64,000 bases of DNA from Lama glama (GCA_028534125.1 CM052832.1:34534001-34598000), one strand, 5' to 3'. Shown: positions 13,244 through 25,388, counted from the stretch's first letter. The notes: generated from the sequence alone by a model not told the origin. Numbers and translations: made by a program.

Positions 13244-14399
13244 GTAAGTGTCCCCCTCTCTTCTCTGAGGTCTGTCCTCCAGCAGGTGCTAGCGCTTCCT
13301 CCTGGAAATGCCCGCCAGCAGCCGAGTCGCTGCTGCCGGGCATGACCCACCGCCACGTCTCCTGCTCACTCAGCAGCCACCTGGTAATGAAGTTTAAATG
13401 GTTAAGTGCATATTATGTTGTACATTAAGGAAGTGCCATTAAAAAAAAAATCACTGGGCACAGGTCAGTGTTTACTCAACATATTTGGTTGAAGTCTAGT
13501 CTTATTTTTTCTGCAGTTGAATTTTTTTTAACGTGCTACAGAAAAAGTTTCCTGAGAACTCCTTTAGGGTGAAAGTTGTAACAGAAGTTAATTTGTGTAG
13601 TCAGTACAGAAGACTAGTAGGCGCCTTTTTAGTGAATTTTAGAATTTGGTTTGGAAAGAAAGGTTGGTTGTTCATTAATCAGAAATTAATTGCTAGTCAT
13701 TTTCCTGAGCTGGAGCAGCTCAGGTGTAGTCGCCGCGCTTCCTAACCTTTCTGAGGCTGCCCTTCATCTGCTGTGTGCATCCTCCCTGCGCGAGACACAG
13801 GAGGCGTCGGCTGTGACACGTCAGTGTTCTGGCTGGGTGCTGCAGGCCACCGGGCCCTGTGACGTCAGTAACACACCTGAGGAATGCAGACACAGTCAGG
13901 GAAATACCTCACTTCGTGTTCAGTTTATTTCGCCACACTTCACGTTACTCTTTTAAGTACTGGAGTAGCGATCTTCCCCTAGGTTGCATGGATACCTGTG
14001 AATAAATGTCCCTCGTAAGCACGGCTTAAAGTCAGATGCCTCATGTGTGCTCGGTGGGGGGCTTTCGTAGCTGTCAGTCTTCCTTCTTCTCGTCTGTCCC
14101 CTTCTCCACCCAGCCCCCAGCGCCAGTCTCAGCGCCAGAAAGAGCAGAGCTGCTTGCTCCTGTCCATCGGGGAGCAGGGTCCAGACGCAGCCAGGGTCTG
14201 ACCCTGCAGTGCAGCCCATCCGAGGCCCAGAAACAGGCTTCCTTCCTCTCACGAGTGGGGTGACACGGGAGGTGTGGAAGCCCCCCCGGCACCCCTCCCT
14301 GCCCGGTTCTGGAAGGCGTCATCACGTTTAGAGGATCGGGGGCTGTCATTGTGTCAGCTGTTTTTCTGCTGCACATCCTCTCCTGGAACCCCAGCTGCG

Positions 14400-15180
14400 T
14401 GTGTGTGAGGCAGACTGCCCCGCAGACGAAGACCTGCTCCCCGCCCGCGTTTTTTCACTCCCTGATGCGCTGTGGAGTTAATTGCCAAGACTTCAGCTTC
14501 TCTGGTCTTGTGTCTGCCGTGTCTGAGCCAAAGGTCTCAGATACGTTATTTTCCACCTCGAAGTTCCGTTTGGTTCTTTCACCTGTCTTCACTTCCTCTC
14601 ATTGTTTGCATGGTTTCCTTCGCTTGAACGCTGTCCTTTCGGGTTGACGCTAACCTGGCACTGGTGGGTCTGTTGCTCCTGACAGACTTTCTCCCTGATC
14701 CCGGCTCGCGGGTCTCCTTCCCCGCCCTTGGCTCAGCGGGTCGTGTTCTGTTGCGCAGACGCTGTGCTGAGTGTCGGGTTTGCCGCTTTCCTCCGAAGAG
14801 GGCAGGGCTTGCTTCCCCAGTTACTTGCGGGGAGTTTGGTTCGTCTGGGGCCTTGGCGGAGCAGCTGGAGCCTGGAGCCCTGCTCCTGAGTGTCCCGGGC
14901 GGTGGCTGAGGAGGACAGGCCCTCTGCTGCCCGGCCGCCTCTGTGCCAGGTCCTGGGGCTTTTCCCCACGCGGTTCCTCCTCCTTTCCAGAACTCTCCCG
15001 GCAGCGTCCGCTCACCCCCCTCCTTGAACTCCTTCTTGCAACTCAGAGAGCTTTGCGTGGGCCGCTCTCCGCAGGCAGAACCCGGGGCGCGTTTCCCTCG
15101 TGGGGGACGCGGTCCTGTGCTGCCGCATGTCCAGCGTCTGTGTGTTTTCCCCCGTCTTCGGGCTGTTCGGGGCTGGAGGT
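14400..15180 (-). mobile_element. Possible ancient L1/HAL1 5'-region fragment, approximate bounds
   Basis: TTTTCCACCTCGAAGTTCCGTTTGGTTCTTT...GTGGGTCTGTTGCT resembles antisense L1M 5' consensus; highly diverged. Confidence 0.35.
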
Positions 15181-16569
15181 TCAGGGCAGTAAGTCAGGTT
15201 CAGCCCCTCTGAGGTGATGACTGGAGCCTGGAGCAGCACGAGGGGCGCTTGCAGAGCAGCAGGGGTGAGAAACGCTGAGGGAGCTCGGTGACTTTGTGAC
15301 CAAAGCAGAGCTCTGTGATCCGGAGATAGCCTGCGTCCTGATTGCTGCTGAGCTGTGTTGGACATCCCTGCCCGGTCCCCTGGTTCTTCCCACGGGCCCT
15401 GGGAGGTGCCTCCCGGAGGCGCTCTGTCCGTGACAGAGCAGGTGGGAACTGACTGGGACACGCTGGAGTCAGAAGAGAAAGTGCAGAGTCGTCTGGAGTT
15501 ACACTGATCAGAGCTGGGTGTCGTAGACTTAGAACGGGGAGGTTCAGAAGGGCTGGAGGAGAGGACTCGTTCCACGCGCACACACGTAGGTGTAAGGCAT
15601 CTGCTGGTGACAGAAAGTTCAGACTGGAACCTGAAACTCAGAAGTGCTCTCTGTCCCTGTGCAGGAGCTGCAGGCGCCGTGTTCCGGGGGCCGCAATGAC
15701 TGAGTGCCTGCAGCTCCACCTGGCCGCCCTGCGAGGCGGGTGGGGGTGGTGGGATGCGGGCGGCGGGTGGGCCCCTCGCTCACACTCTGCATGTTTTCTT
15801 CTGACCATATATTGTCTGCTGAGAAAACTATTAAACCTTTTGAAGTAAGTAAAATCCCCCCCCCCACTAGAACATCAAGAAGAGTAATAGTAACAAAGCT
15901 TTGGCTTCGGTGTGCTCGAAGGGAAGCCAGCCGGTGCTGACGCAGGGAGGTGGGTCCCGCCCTGACCTGGCCTGGGTGCCGGCAGGCCGTGGGGGCCAGG
16001 AAGCCGGCGCGGAGGGAGGAGTAGCCCAGAGGACGGAGAGGCTGGGGGTGCTTAAGCCCCGGCTTCACCGTGCACCCTCACTCCCGTGGATGGGACGTCT
16101 ACAGGCTTCTCTTCCCACTTCCCGCGGGAGCTGCGTTTAACCACATGTATCCCAGGAGGCGAAGTGTGTTATTTTTTCTTAGATCTCTTTGTCGTGGGAG
16201 GAGGTTTTCATGACATGACTGTGCTTGAATGTGCTTCTGTGTGATAATTCGATTTCTTACGGAATTCCCAGCATGTGGGGTGGGTGGTGCGTTTCTGATG
16301 GGTTGCTCTCGGCCTCAAGGTTGGCTACTGGCCATGGGGCAGCCTGTAGCCTGGCTTCTTGAGGAGAAAAACAGCAGCGTGGGGACAGCGAGGTTGGGAA
16401 GCCCCTGCCCATGGGATCGCAGCCCCTGCTTCCTGGGCACCCTCCAGGCCCTCCGCGCTGGCCGTGGGGGCGGACGGGGGGCGAGCTCTAGGCGGGGAGC
16501 AGCAGGCTGCTGCGGCAGATGATGGTTCTCGACTTGGCGTCGCTAATAGTGCTTTACTCTTCCCCGCAG

Positions 16570-16694
16570 CGTGGAGGGACAGGACCCCGCACCGGGTGGC
16601 CTTTGTTGAAAAACTGACCAAGCTTGTCTTGAGTCAGCTGCCCAACTTCTGGAAGCTCTGGGTCTCCTACGTCACCGGAAGTCTCTTCAGCGAG
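16570..16694 (+). CDS. EXOC2: EXOC2 exon ~13 (125 nt)
   Basis: ccgcag|CG TGG AGG...AGC GAG|gtgcgt; encodes [41 protein letters not shown]. Confidence 0.97.
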
Positions 16695-16849
16695 GTGCGT
16701 GTGCAGACGCGACTGTCCGTGTGGCTGGGCCGGTGTCGATTTCTGGTCTCACAGGTTTTGATTTTGAAGTGACTTTTTTAAAACCTCAGAGGCCCAAAGC
16801 CCCTGAGTGTTATCAGATACTCTAAGTTGAGTTGGAAGCACTGTGGAGC

Positions 16850-17030
16850 CCCAACACTTAGCAGCTGTGCGGCCTTGAACAAGTATTAGCTGTTCCGGGA
16901 CTCGGTACCCTCGACTGGAAAGAGGACGCTGAGGGTGTCTCTCAAAAGGCAGGCATGAGGACTCGGCGAGAGAATAAAAGATCCTGAATTTGGGATAATG
17001 CCTGTCAGGCCAAAGTGTGGCTGACGCTGC
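16850..17030 (+). mobile_element. MIR SINE fragment
   Basis: CACTTAGCAGCTGTGCGGCCTTGAACAAGTATT resembles the MIR core CACTTACTAGCTGTGTGACCTTGGGCAAGTTACTT. Confidence 0.55.
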
Positions 17031-18304
17031 TGTGCGCTGCCTGCGAGCAGGACAGACATCACGCCTGCTCGCGGGGCTGAGTGCTGTGGGGCCTCCCCCT
17101 TGGAGAGAAGCTGGAGGTCCTGCTCTCCTGCCCGCATGGGGCAGCCTGGGCAGTTGTTAGACGCCTTTGCCTTTCCACAGCCTGCACGCTTCCTCGCCGC
17201 CCTAATCCTCCTTAGTTGGTAGTGGACAAACCGTGAACGTCAAATGATGACTGGCTTTCGTGTGTGGCACGTGGGGTGGTCTCTGGTGCCCTGACAGGCC
17301 CCCAGTCCTGGAACGCGGACTCTCAGGCCCTTCGCCTGGAGCTGCCGGGGATCCCGCCGGATGTCGCGGACGTGGAGACTCCCACTGACCAGGGCTGGGA
17401 GGTGGGGTCCTCCCGGGGCCACTGCGTCTGGCAGCTCAGAGCTGCGTTTGCCCTTTCACCAGTGACACCTCTGCCATTCAGGACCCCTCTTCCTTGACAG
17501 AAAGTGGTAGGTGCTGGCGCTCAGGCCCCATCCGGTCTCCTTGGCCCTGGGCGTGTGTTCGTGCTGCTATGAGAGGAGTTTCCACCGTCTCTTTTCCGCT
17601 ATGCCTGGGAGACCCTAGATGTTTGTTTGAACACAAGGTTGGGTATCTGAACGACAGAATTTGCTTGGTCCATGAAGAACAGGACAACAACAGCGCGTGA
17701 CAAACAAAGTCCTTCGTGCGGAAGAGTCTGCCTCTTCAGCCGGAGTTCACTGTATTTTTTTCTTCCCTTAAGTTCAGCCATGTCGATCACTGATATGTTC
17801 AAGTATCGTAGCTGCAAACGGCGTGCATCACAGCTCTTTTCTGTCCACTGCGCATCACCTGGTGATGAAGGGCGCTGTCGGAAGAGAACTGTGCGGACAC
17901 TCCGCCTTCCGCAAGACACGTGAGGGCTTGGCCAGCCCTGCGGGGCGTGCAGGGTGCTGGCCGAGGACAGGCACTCTCACGTCTGTTGTCGGGTGTCCTG
18001 CTCTCAGACGTGCCCAGCAACCCCTGGCTTTGTTCATCTCAGTGGACGACAGGCAGCCCCTGGTGTGGAAGGGCTGGGTTTCTTGCCTCTGATCCTGTGG
18101 GGACAGCCCCCCCCCCCCACTGCGGCGCCGTACCCATGCCATCTGCTCCCTCCAACCCAGACCTCTGGAGGCGGTGGGGGGATGCTTGGGACAGCCAGTG
18201 TCACAGCAGAAGCGTCCAGCGGGGCCTCCAGCGGAAGAGCTGCCTGTCTGCCCGCCCCCCGGCGGCCTGGGGGCAAGTGGGCTGAAGTCACAGTGTCTGG
18301 CAGG

Positions 18305-18412
18305 CAGGTGGGAATGTGCCCTGATTGTTTGGCATGGTTACTTGTCCCAGTGTCTGAAAGGTCCTTGGCCTGGCACATGGCAGGTGTTTTGTGAACAGTT
18401 TGGTAGCATGGA
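18305..18412 (+). mobile_element. L2 3' terminus fragment
   Basis: GTCCCAGTGTCTGAAAGG...GCCTGGCACATGGCAGGTGTTTTGTGAACAGTTTG resembles the L2 tail. Confidence 0.5.
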
Positions 18413-19849
18413 GAGACCCAGGCCTGGCGCTAAGCCGCGTCGGGGGTCACGTCTAAGGCCCTTGGGAAGCAGATTTTGAACCTAGTTTTGTTTCCAGCCA
18501 GTGTCTTTCCTTCCAGGCAGATCGGTTCCGGGAGGTGGCCACCACACGGGGACAGCAGCGGCCTCATCTTGAGTCTTTCCAGGGTTCATAAAATCCCTGA
18601 GGGTTACTGATCTGGGATATGTTAGTGAAAAAAGAATGTTTTCCTTCATTACAGGTCATACCTACTCGTGGTAGACAAGTAAGGGAAGCATTTGGCTGCA
18701 GATGAAACATAAGTGAGCTCCTTCAGGGCTCGGGGCCGCAGTGGCACCAGACAGGCTGGATATGCCTTTGGAATTCCCACCTGTTTGTGTCCATGAGCTT
18801 TTCCTGAAAGTTGAGAGTGACAGTTACTGAGTGTAACTCACCCCACAGATTTGGGCGTGTTTCTAAACTGGCTCCCCGCTCCTGAGAAGCTGGGAAGGGT
18901 GCGGTCCAGAGACTTGGTGAGGGCCACACCCGGGCTGTTCCAGGGACTTGGGTGGCTGGTCCTTAACCTCAGACGAGAGAGCTCCGTAATGTTTAAACAC
19001 AATATATGTGCAACTTTTCATTTTTCTTGTTATGAAATATTGTTTTATTTAGAGTTCATCTGTTGAAAGATTTGGATGGCGTTTTCAACAGTTTGAAAGT
19101 AGTCAGTTCTTCAGACCAGTCAGGGCCACGGGAAGTAACACGTGTGAGTCCAGACGGTGAGGTCTGGCCGCTGGTCCCACTCGGAGTAGCTTTGGTCTCT
19201 GTGTTCAGCACGGGGCTGAGGTTCGCAGCTAGGGGAATGGCCAGCAGGGGTTAAGACCACTCCTTTAGATGTATCTTAAATATAGTGTATTTTGAAGTGA
19301 AAACTTTAAAATATCCAAATAATTTTTAAACATGAGGAATCCACGGTTTAAGACGTATAATGTATAGTATGTAAATTTAAATGTACTTTATGTTCCAAAA
19401 CTGATTTTTCTTTTAAAAATAGGGCCAGCCTTACATAGTCCAGCATGTTGGAGATGCTCGGCTCGTCACCAAATTAAAGCAATAAGTAGCCACTTTTTAA
19501 CGGGGGCAGGGGCACGCCTTGCCCCGGTTCCCCCGCCCCACTCTTCCCCGGGCTGGGAGGCCGGTCCTGGGAGGGTGGAGACGGCTGTGCCCAGTAGGTG
19601 TCGCTGTGCCCTCAGCAGCATCTGTTTGGTGGGCAGAATTGTTCTGCCAAGTTTCACCTTAATTTTGGTATGAGGTTTTTGACAGTTGATTCTCACTGTT
19701 TTCTTTGATTCAGAAATGTTTCACGGAACAAGCCCGCTGTGTAGAAAGTTCCACAGTGGCTCCCATGGCAGATACGGCCAGGAGAGACCCCTCTGGCCGT
19801 CAGGGCACTCAAGGGTTGTGCTGTCCTGACCCCAGGGGACAGAATGCGC

Positions 19850-20270
19850 CCGCAGTCAGGGTCAGCGATCAGTCGAACCCGTGTGGGGAAGCCGCCGAAA
19901 ACCCCAGCAGGACGCGTGGGGACCGGGGTGAGAGTGTGGGTGCTCGCCCCTGTCCCCACACCTGCCCTGTGCCTCCCTCCATCTGGCTATTCCTCAGTCA
20001 CATCCTTTTACGATAAACCAGTGATCTAGTGAGTAAAGTATCTTTCTGCGTTCTGGGAGCCACTCTAGCAAATTGACTGAACCCAAAGTGGGGGAGGGTC
20101 GCGGGAGCCTCCAGTCTGTCGCCGGTTGGTCAGACGCGCCGGTGACAACTGGGCTTGCGATTGGCATTGGGGTGGGGGCGCCCTGTGGGGCCAAGCCCAA
20201 GCCTGTTGGGTCGGACACCGTCACTGGGGGGGCGGTGGGAACACCCTGCCTCCCGCACCCCTATGTTGGA
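19850..20270 (+). mobile_element. MER21-like endogenous retroviral LTR fragment
   Basis: GAGCCACTCTAGCAAATTGACTGAACCCAA...GCCGGTTGGTCAGA...GGGCTTGCGATTGGCAT closely follows the recalled MER21 consensus. Confidence 0.7.
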
Positions 20271-21520
20271 CTTGGGTGCAGAATCCAAAACAGGAAGGCA
20301 TTCAGAATGATACTTGAAGCCCTGAGATAGATTAGTGACAGAGTAAAGAGGAAAAGCGCCTACGATCGAGACCCGACGGCTGTCCGCCTGCTCTGTAACT
20401 GGCCTGGTCCCCAGCGCGTGGTGTCGCGTCTGAGCCTCACAGTCACTCTCTCAGGGCCACGCGGACGGTGGTCCCGGCTCCGCCTCCTGCCCGCCCTGCA
20501 CACCTGCTGGAATCACACTCTGGGGCTGTTTACCCCGGGAGCCCCTGTGGCTCTTCCGTCCACCGGCTTTGGGCCAGAGCCCATCAAGCTCCCCTAGGCT
20601 GGCGTGGCATCCTCCTCCCTGGCCAGACCCCGGCAGGTGCCTCTGGTCACTTCTCACTGCAGCTCAGTTACTTCTCATCAGTCTCTGTAAATCCTGGTGT
20701 ACGAGGAAGTTTCAGCGTTGTTGACCAGTGAAATTAGGAATTTGCTTATTGAATTATTATTGTGAGTTTTGGGTTAGTTTTTTCAAAAACTATAATTTTT
20801 TCAAAAGAGCATCTATACGAAGAAGTAAATGATATAAGCTGCACCGCTTAATATAAATCTTTGGAATAAGTGCAGATTAGCGCCTCCAGGTCTCTGTGTG
20901 CCGACCACGTGCCTGGGTGTCGGACACTCTGTTGGAAGCACTCAGTGGCCCTTATCCTTCCCTTCCTCGCTCATGCTTGCTGTTTCTCTAGCTTGGTGTG
21001 AAGTGCAAAGAACATAACTTGAAGTGTTTTAGAATTAGCTTGACGTCAGCGCCGTGCTCGTTTATAGCGCAGTTGTTCCTAACTTGGAAGTTCTCCGTAA
21101 ATGGCAGCTGGTATGTCACATTGATGAAGCGTCAGAGCTTTCTTCTGCATTGTGGCTTTCTGTTGTGCTTCCTTGGAAGGTGTCCTAAGCCTGCTCTTCT
21201 AGGCCGTTGTATATAGTGATACTTAGTTGTAATAAACCGTAACTGACAGCCAGGTGGACGGATCTCTCTTGGTCAGTGTCGAGTGGGCTCGCACACACTG
21301 CTCCAAGGAGAAAGGCGAGCAGGCTAGGGCACTGGAAGACACCCCCTCCTGAGTGAGGCTCTAAGCCCCCTGGAGGAAGGGCAGCGAAGGGCACTTTTTA
21401 AAAACAGGGTGCCGGCTCTGGGGCTTCCGTTCGTGACCCTTGTCGGGGGTGGGGTCCTAGGATGGCCAGACGCCCTCCAGGGGCTTCTCTTCCTGTCCCT
21501 CCTGCGGCAGCCCAGCGAGA

Positions 21521-21561
21521 AGGCGTGCCCGCAGGCATGCCCGCAGGCATGCCCGCAGGCA
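21521..21561. repeat. 12-bp tandem repeat (AGGCRTGCCCGC), about 3.4 copies
   Basis: aggcgtgcccgc aggcatgcccgc aggcatgcccgc aggca, read directly. Confidence 0.9.
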
Positions 21562-21835
21562 GTTGTAGGTGAGAATGCCTGTGAAATTCACCTGCAAAAA
21601 CGGGCAGCTCCAACTTCCAGCTGAGGTGTGTTTGGAAAGTACACTTACAGGTGTGAGGGAGACGAGCCGCTTCTCATCGGAGCAGGAACGGCTTTCTAGG
21701 CAGCCGTCCTTCGGTCGGAGACCAGGGTTCCTCTAGTCAGGTTGTAACCACTTCTCACGCTCTTTACGTACAACAGCTAAAGCGTTTCTTATTTTCATGC
21801 ATGATTTCTTAAGACAACTAACGTGTTTTACTTTG

Positions 21836-21863
21836 TTTTATTTATTTATTTATTTATTTTTTT
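21836..21863. repeat. (TTTA)n microsatellite merged with the exon 14 pyrimidine tract
   Basis: ttttatttatttatttatttattttttt just upstream of the acceptor. Confidence 0.85.
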
Positions 21864-21873
21864 AATTTTTAAG

Positions 21874-21939
21874 ACTGCTGAGAAGTCAGGCCACATTGAG
21901 AGATCGAAGAACGTAAGGCAGAGACAGAGCGATTTCAAG
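21874..21939 (+). CDS. EXOC2: EXOC2 exon ~14 (66 nt)
   Basis: tttaag|ACT GCT GAG...TTC AAG|gtacgt; encodes TAEKSGHIERSKNVRQRQSDFK. Confidence 0.96.
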
Positions 21940-22093
21940 GTACGTTGCGTGTCGGCTTTTCTCGGGGTCGGCCTTCTCAGCCAGCGTCGCGGGGAGGCTG
22001 GATCTGCAGTCAGACTTCCGGCTTGTCGGCCGACCCTGCAGTCGGCTGACGGAGGTGGTGCCTTCACCGCTGTGCTGCCCGTCCGTTGTCTAG

Positions 22094-22251
22094 AAGATGA
22101 CGCAGGAGGTGGTGCACTGCCTGGTGCGGCTGGCCCGTGGGGCCCTGCTCCCGCTCAGCGCCGCGGGGGCCGGCGGCCGGCAGCTCGGGGGCGGGGAGGC
22201 AAAGGCCGAGCTCTCGGGACAGTGGCTCGCTCACGCCATCCAGACCCTGCG
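22094..22251 (+). CDS. EXOC2: EXOC2 exon ~15 (158 nt)
   Basis: gtctag|AAG ATG ACG...ACC CTG CG|gtaagt; encodes [52 protein letters not shown](R). Confidence 0.95.
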
Positions 22252-22578
22252 GTAAGTGCGGGCTCCTTCTCCCGGGACCGGGTCAGTCCTGTGCTGTCTT
22301 GGGGGCGAGGGAAAAACATACTCAGGGTGGGATGTGGTTTTTAATACACTCGACGAAGAGTTTCCCCGTCCTGGCGCGCGCGCTGTTTCTCGCGTATCGT
22401 CTGACGACTAAGACGTAAGCCTTGCTGGCGCTGTCTCCTGACAGTGTCTCTGTGGTGCCATTGCCCTGCCGTGGTCTTCCATCCATGGGCGCTCAGCACG
22501 GTGCCGCCCTCCCTGAGTCGGGGGATCGCTGCCACGTCCCGCTCCGCCCCCGTTTGTTTTGTGGTGTTTGTCTCGCAG

Positions 22579-22700
22579 GCTGACGTACGAATCCTTGACC
22601 GCTCTCGAGATTCCTAACGAGCTGTTACAGGCGATCCAGGACCTCACTCTGGACCTCCGTGTGCGCTGCGTGGTGGTCACGCTGCAGCAGGCGGCCGAAG
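22579..22700 (+). CDS. EXOC2: EXOC2 exon ~16 (122 nt)
   Basis: tcgcag|G CTG ACG TAC...GCC GAA G|gtacgc; encodes [40 protein letters not shown]. Confidence 0.96.
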
Positions 22701-23572
22701 GTACGCTGAGGAAGCTGGCAGCTAAGCTGGGTGTACTTGGAAAGCCTTCACGGGTGTAAGAGCACCTTCATGTTCTTGTTAACGTAAAGTAGAAAAAGAA
22801 TGCACAGTGTATATGAATGTGTTTAAAGTATGACACCAGTTTTGAAAATACATTTGTACGTTAGAAATACCTGTGTGAAAGCAGAGGAAAGACGAGCAGT
22901 TTCTCTTTGCAGCAGAAGCTGAGGTGACGCTTGTCTTCTCTGTGCGCGTTCGGCGCTTTCAGGATCTTGTGCAGTCGTAAGCAGTAAAGGTTAGCTTCAC
23001 GCAGCGGCCTTCTGGGGATTGAGTGTTTTCAAACACAGGCAGGACCGTTGTTCCCAACGGCACAGGCCCTCCTGTCTGGACCCAGGACTGTCGCGTAGGA
23101 GGGGCGGCGCCGACGGGCTGGGCAGCGTCCTGCCCTGGGGTTTGCACAGGTGGCGCCTCCCCTCCCAGTGAGAGCCGCGCTGTCGCTCCTGGGAGCGCGT
23201 GGGACTTAGCACGGCCCAGACTGTCCATCAGAGGTCTCTGGGGAAGTGTGCTCTGCGTCCTGTGTCGTACACGTGTCGGGAGTTGTTGAGTAAGTACTGA
23301 GTTGTCCACAGTTGTCACTGACTGAGCCTAGCCAGCACTCTCCAAATCGGGCCATGCAGTGGAAAATTTTATTTACATTAATATTCTGTTTAAAAAATTC
23401 CATAATACACATTTAAGTCCTTGAGTCCACCAGAATTATATTCTGTCCCTGCTCTTGTACAACTTTTGCACAGACCTGTGTGCGACAGTTAAGAGCTGCA
23501 GCCTGTGTGGATCTTTCCGACGGTCGGTGAGACAGTGACAGTAAGGAGGCCCGTGTGCTTCTTTCCCTGTAG

Positions 23573-23634
23573 AAATAAAGCGGCTGCCGGAGAAGGAAGA
23601 CTGGGTTGTTGACAGCGAAGGCCTGACTTCCCTA
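23573..23634 (+). CDS. EXOC2: EXOC2 exon ~17 (62 nt)
   Basis: cctgtag|AA ATA AAG...TCC CTA|gtaagt; encodes (E)IKRLPEKEDWVVDSEGLTSL. Confidence 0.96.
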
Positions 23635-23940
23635 GTAAGTTTAAATTCTTTTCAGTGATTAATCATTAGTGTCTCTTATCTTCGAAATAATGACTTACTA
23701 TGATAATGATGGCCGTTCGCTCTCTGCTGCAGTTCTAAATAGTTTCTGGAAATAGAAAAATAGACTTAAAATTTTCCTTCTCAGAGGCAGTTTTGCTTAA
23801 CACTGACTACATGTTTAAAATTAATAAAAACAGTGGGTTTCCTTTAGCGTGATCTTTCTTCATCCTGTAACTCTTGTTATTTTTTGTTTGCACTACATTT
23901 TTTTAATGTAATTCTAAGTTACCTAGCAGCTTGAATTTGG

Positions 23941-24033
23941 GGTTCAGTGTGTGTGTGTGTGTGTGCTTGCACGTGATCCTTGCATGTCCGGGTCCAGTGT
24001 GTGTGTGTGTGAGAGATCCCTGCACGTCCGGGG
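23941..24033. repeat. Two-copy local duplication, each copy with a (TG)n tract
   Basis: ggttcag(tg)n...gatccttgcatgtccggg is followed by tccag(tg)n...gatccctgcacgtccgggg. Confidence 0.75.
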
Positions 24034-25055
24034 CCTGGTCTACACTCGTGAGATAACAGCCACATCTGAGGTGGTTTGTTTGATTACATTAGATAAGCCC
24101 CTTCGAAAGTGCTTTGAAATGGTTACCGTTGAAACCTGTTGTGATCAGCCTAGAGTTCGCCTGTAGTGTGTAAGGAACTGTAACCAGAGTAGCTGATTTT
24201 CGTGGTTTGTCTCACACAAGCCAGGGGGCCAGACTGGCTGTGCCCTGTGGATGGTCTGGCGTCAGCCGGTGTGCCTGTCGTGGGCTGTCGTTGGAGACGT
24301 TCGCCAGCCCGTAGACCTGAGGGTCTGGGCGTCCTCTGAGTGGGGGCCCGGGAGACGCCGTGTCGGGGAGGGCGAGTCCCGGCTCAGGGTGTCGCCCGGC
24401 GCCCGCCGTCCGCCGTTGGCTGTTTCTGAAGTGCTCTGACCGAGCAGGGGCATCGCCCCACGGCTGTCAGTGCCCTGGCACACGTCTTAGCGTCTCCGTG
24501 CTGCGCGGCCCTGTTTGAAGGGGGAACACTTCTTTCCCCGTGGGTCCCTGTCGAGTCGCTGTGGCGCAGCTCGTCAGACAGCTTTCTTCTTGTGTCAACA
24601 GCGCTTCCTGCCTCTTTCCGTTTGGATCATTCTGAGCAAGGCTTTCTTTCAAGCGGTCAGAATGCTGTGTGGTAACTCCTCGGTCCGCTGACGTGCGTGA
24701 CGCGCTGAGGACGTGCAGGTGGTGCCACCACTTCCTTTTCAGGAAAATGCGCAGCAGCTGCGTAGACTGACGTCCAGTCTCACTGGACGTGCCCGTGGGC
24801 TCTGCCCCGCATCGGCAGAGACGCTGCAGGAAGGCAGTCCGGCTCAGGTCCTAGCGCACAGAGCGTGGATGGCCATGCGTGAGCGTCGCGGTCCACTTTT
24901 ACTTTTTCAGTGTCGTAGACTTTCCTGCTTCTGGGGTGGGCAGGCAGGGGCCCGAGGCGTCTGACAGGCCGCTGGCTACTGAGATACTCCCTGAGCAGGG
25001 CAGTGTCATCCTCAGCCGCTCCCACCCCCCCTTTTTTTGCACTGACACTTCAAAG

Positions 25056-25186
25056 TTTTTTTTTTTTTTTTTAGGGGGAAGTAAGTAGGTTTACTTATTT
25101 AGTTTTGGAGGAGGTACTGGGGATTGAACCCAGGACCTTGTGAATGCTGAGCGTGTGCTCCACCACTTGAGCTATGCCCTCCGCCC
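25056..25186 (-). mobile_element. tRNA-derived camelid-type SINE (vic-1-like) with poly(A) tail
   Basis: The minus strand reads GGAGGGCATAGCTCAAGTGGTGGAGCACACGCTCAGCATTCACAAGGTCCTGGGTTCAATCCCCAGTACCTCC...TAAACCTACTTACTTCCCCCT(A)n. It has A- and B-box-like motifs and a tail matching the recalled camelid SINE. Confidence 0.85.
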
Positions 25187-25388
25187 TTCACTGCTGAGTA
25201 TTCTTTACGGGCCCTCTGCTGGCTCTTGAGTGCAGTATTAAAAGGACATCGAAGTCGGGGTGCTGTTTTAGCTTTCATTAAGCCCAGGTACCTTTTTGTA
25301 AGAAAGTAAACTTATCTTTTTGGGGGGGGTCGGTTTTGCATATAGGTGTCTTTTTTTTCTGTTTGATTTTTTTTTCCCTGAACTCTTT

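Noticed and set aside
19347-19380. loxP-like sequence (22 of 34 identities, including CGTATAATGTAT)
   Set aside because: The arms are not palindromic and the right arm lacks the spacer-adjacent TATA. It is a chance AT-rich match, not a vector scar.
25105-25186. tRNA-like sequence with A and B boxes on the minus strand
   Set aside because: It is followed by a SINE body and poly(A) tail, so it is the SINE head rather than a tRNA gene.
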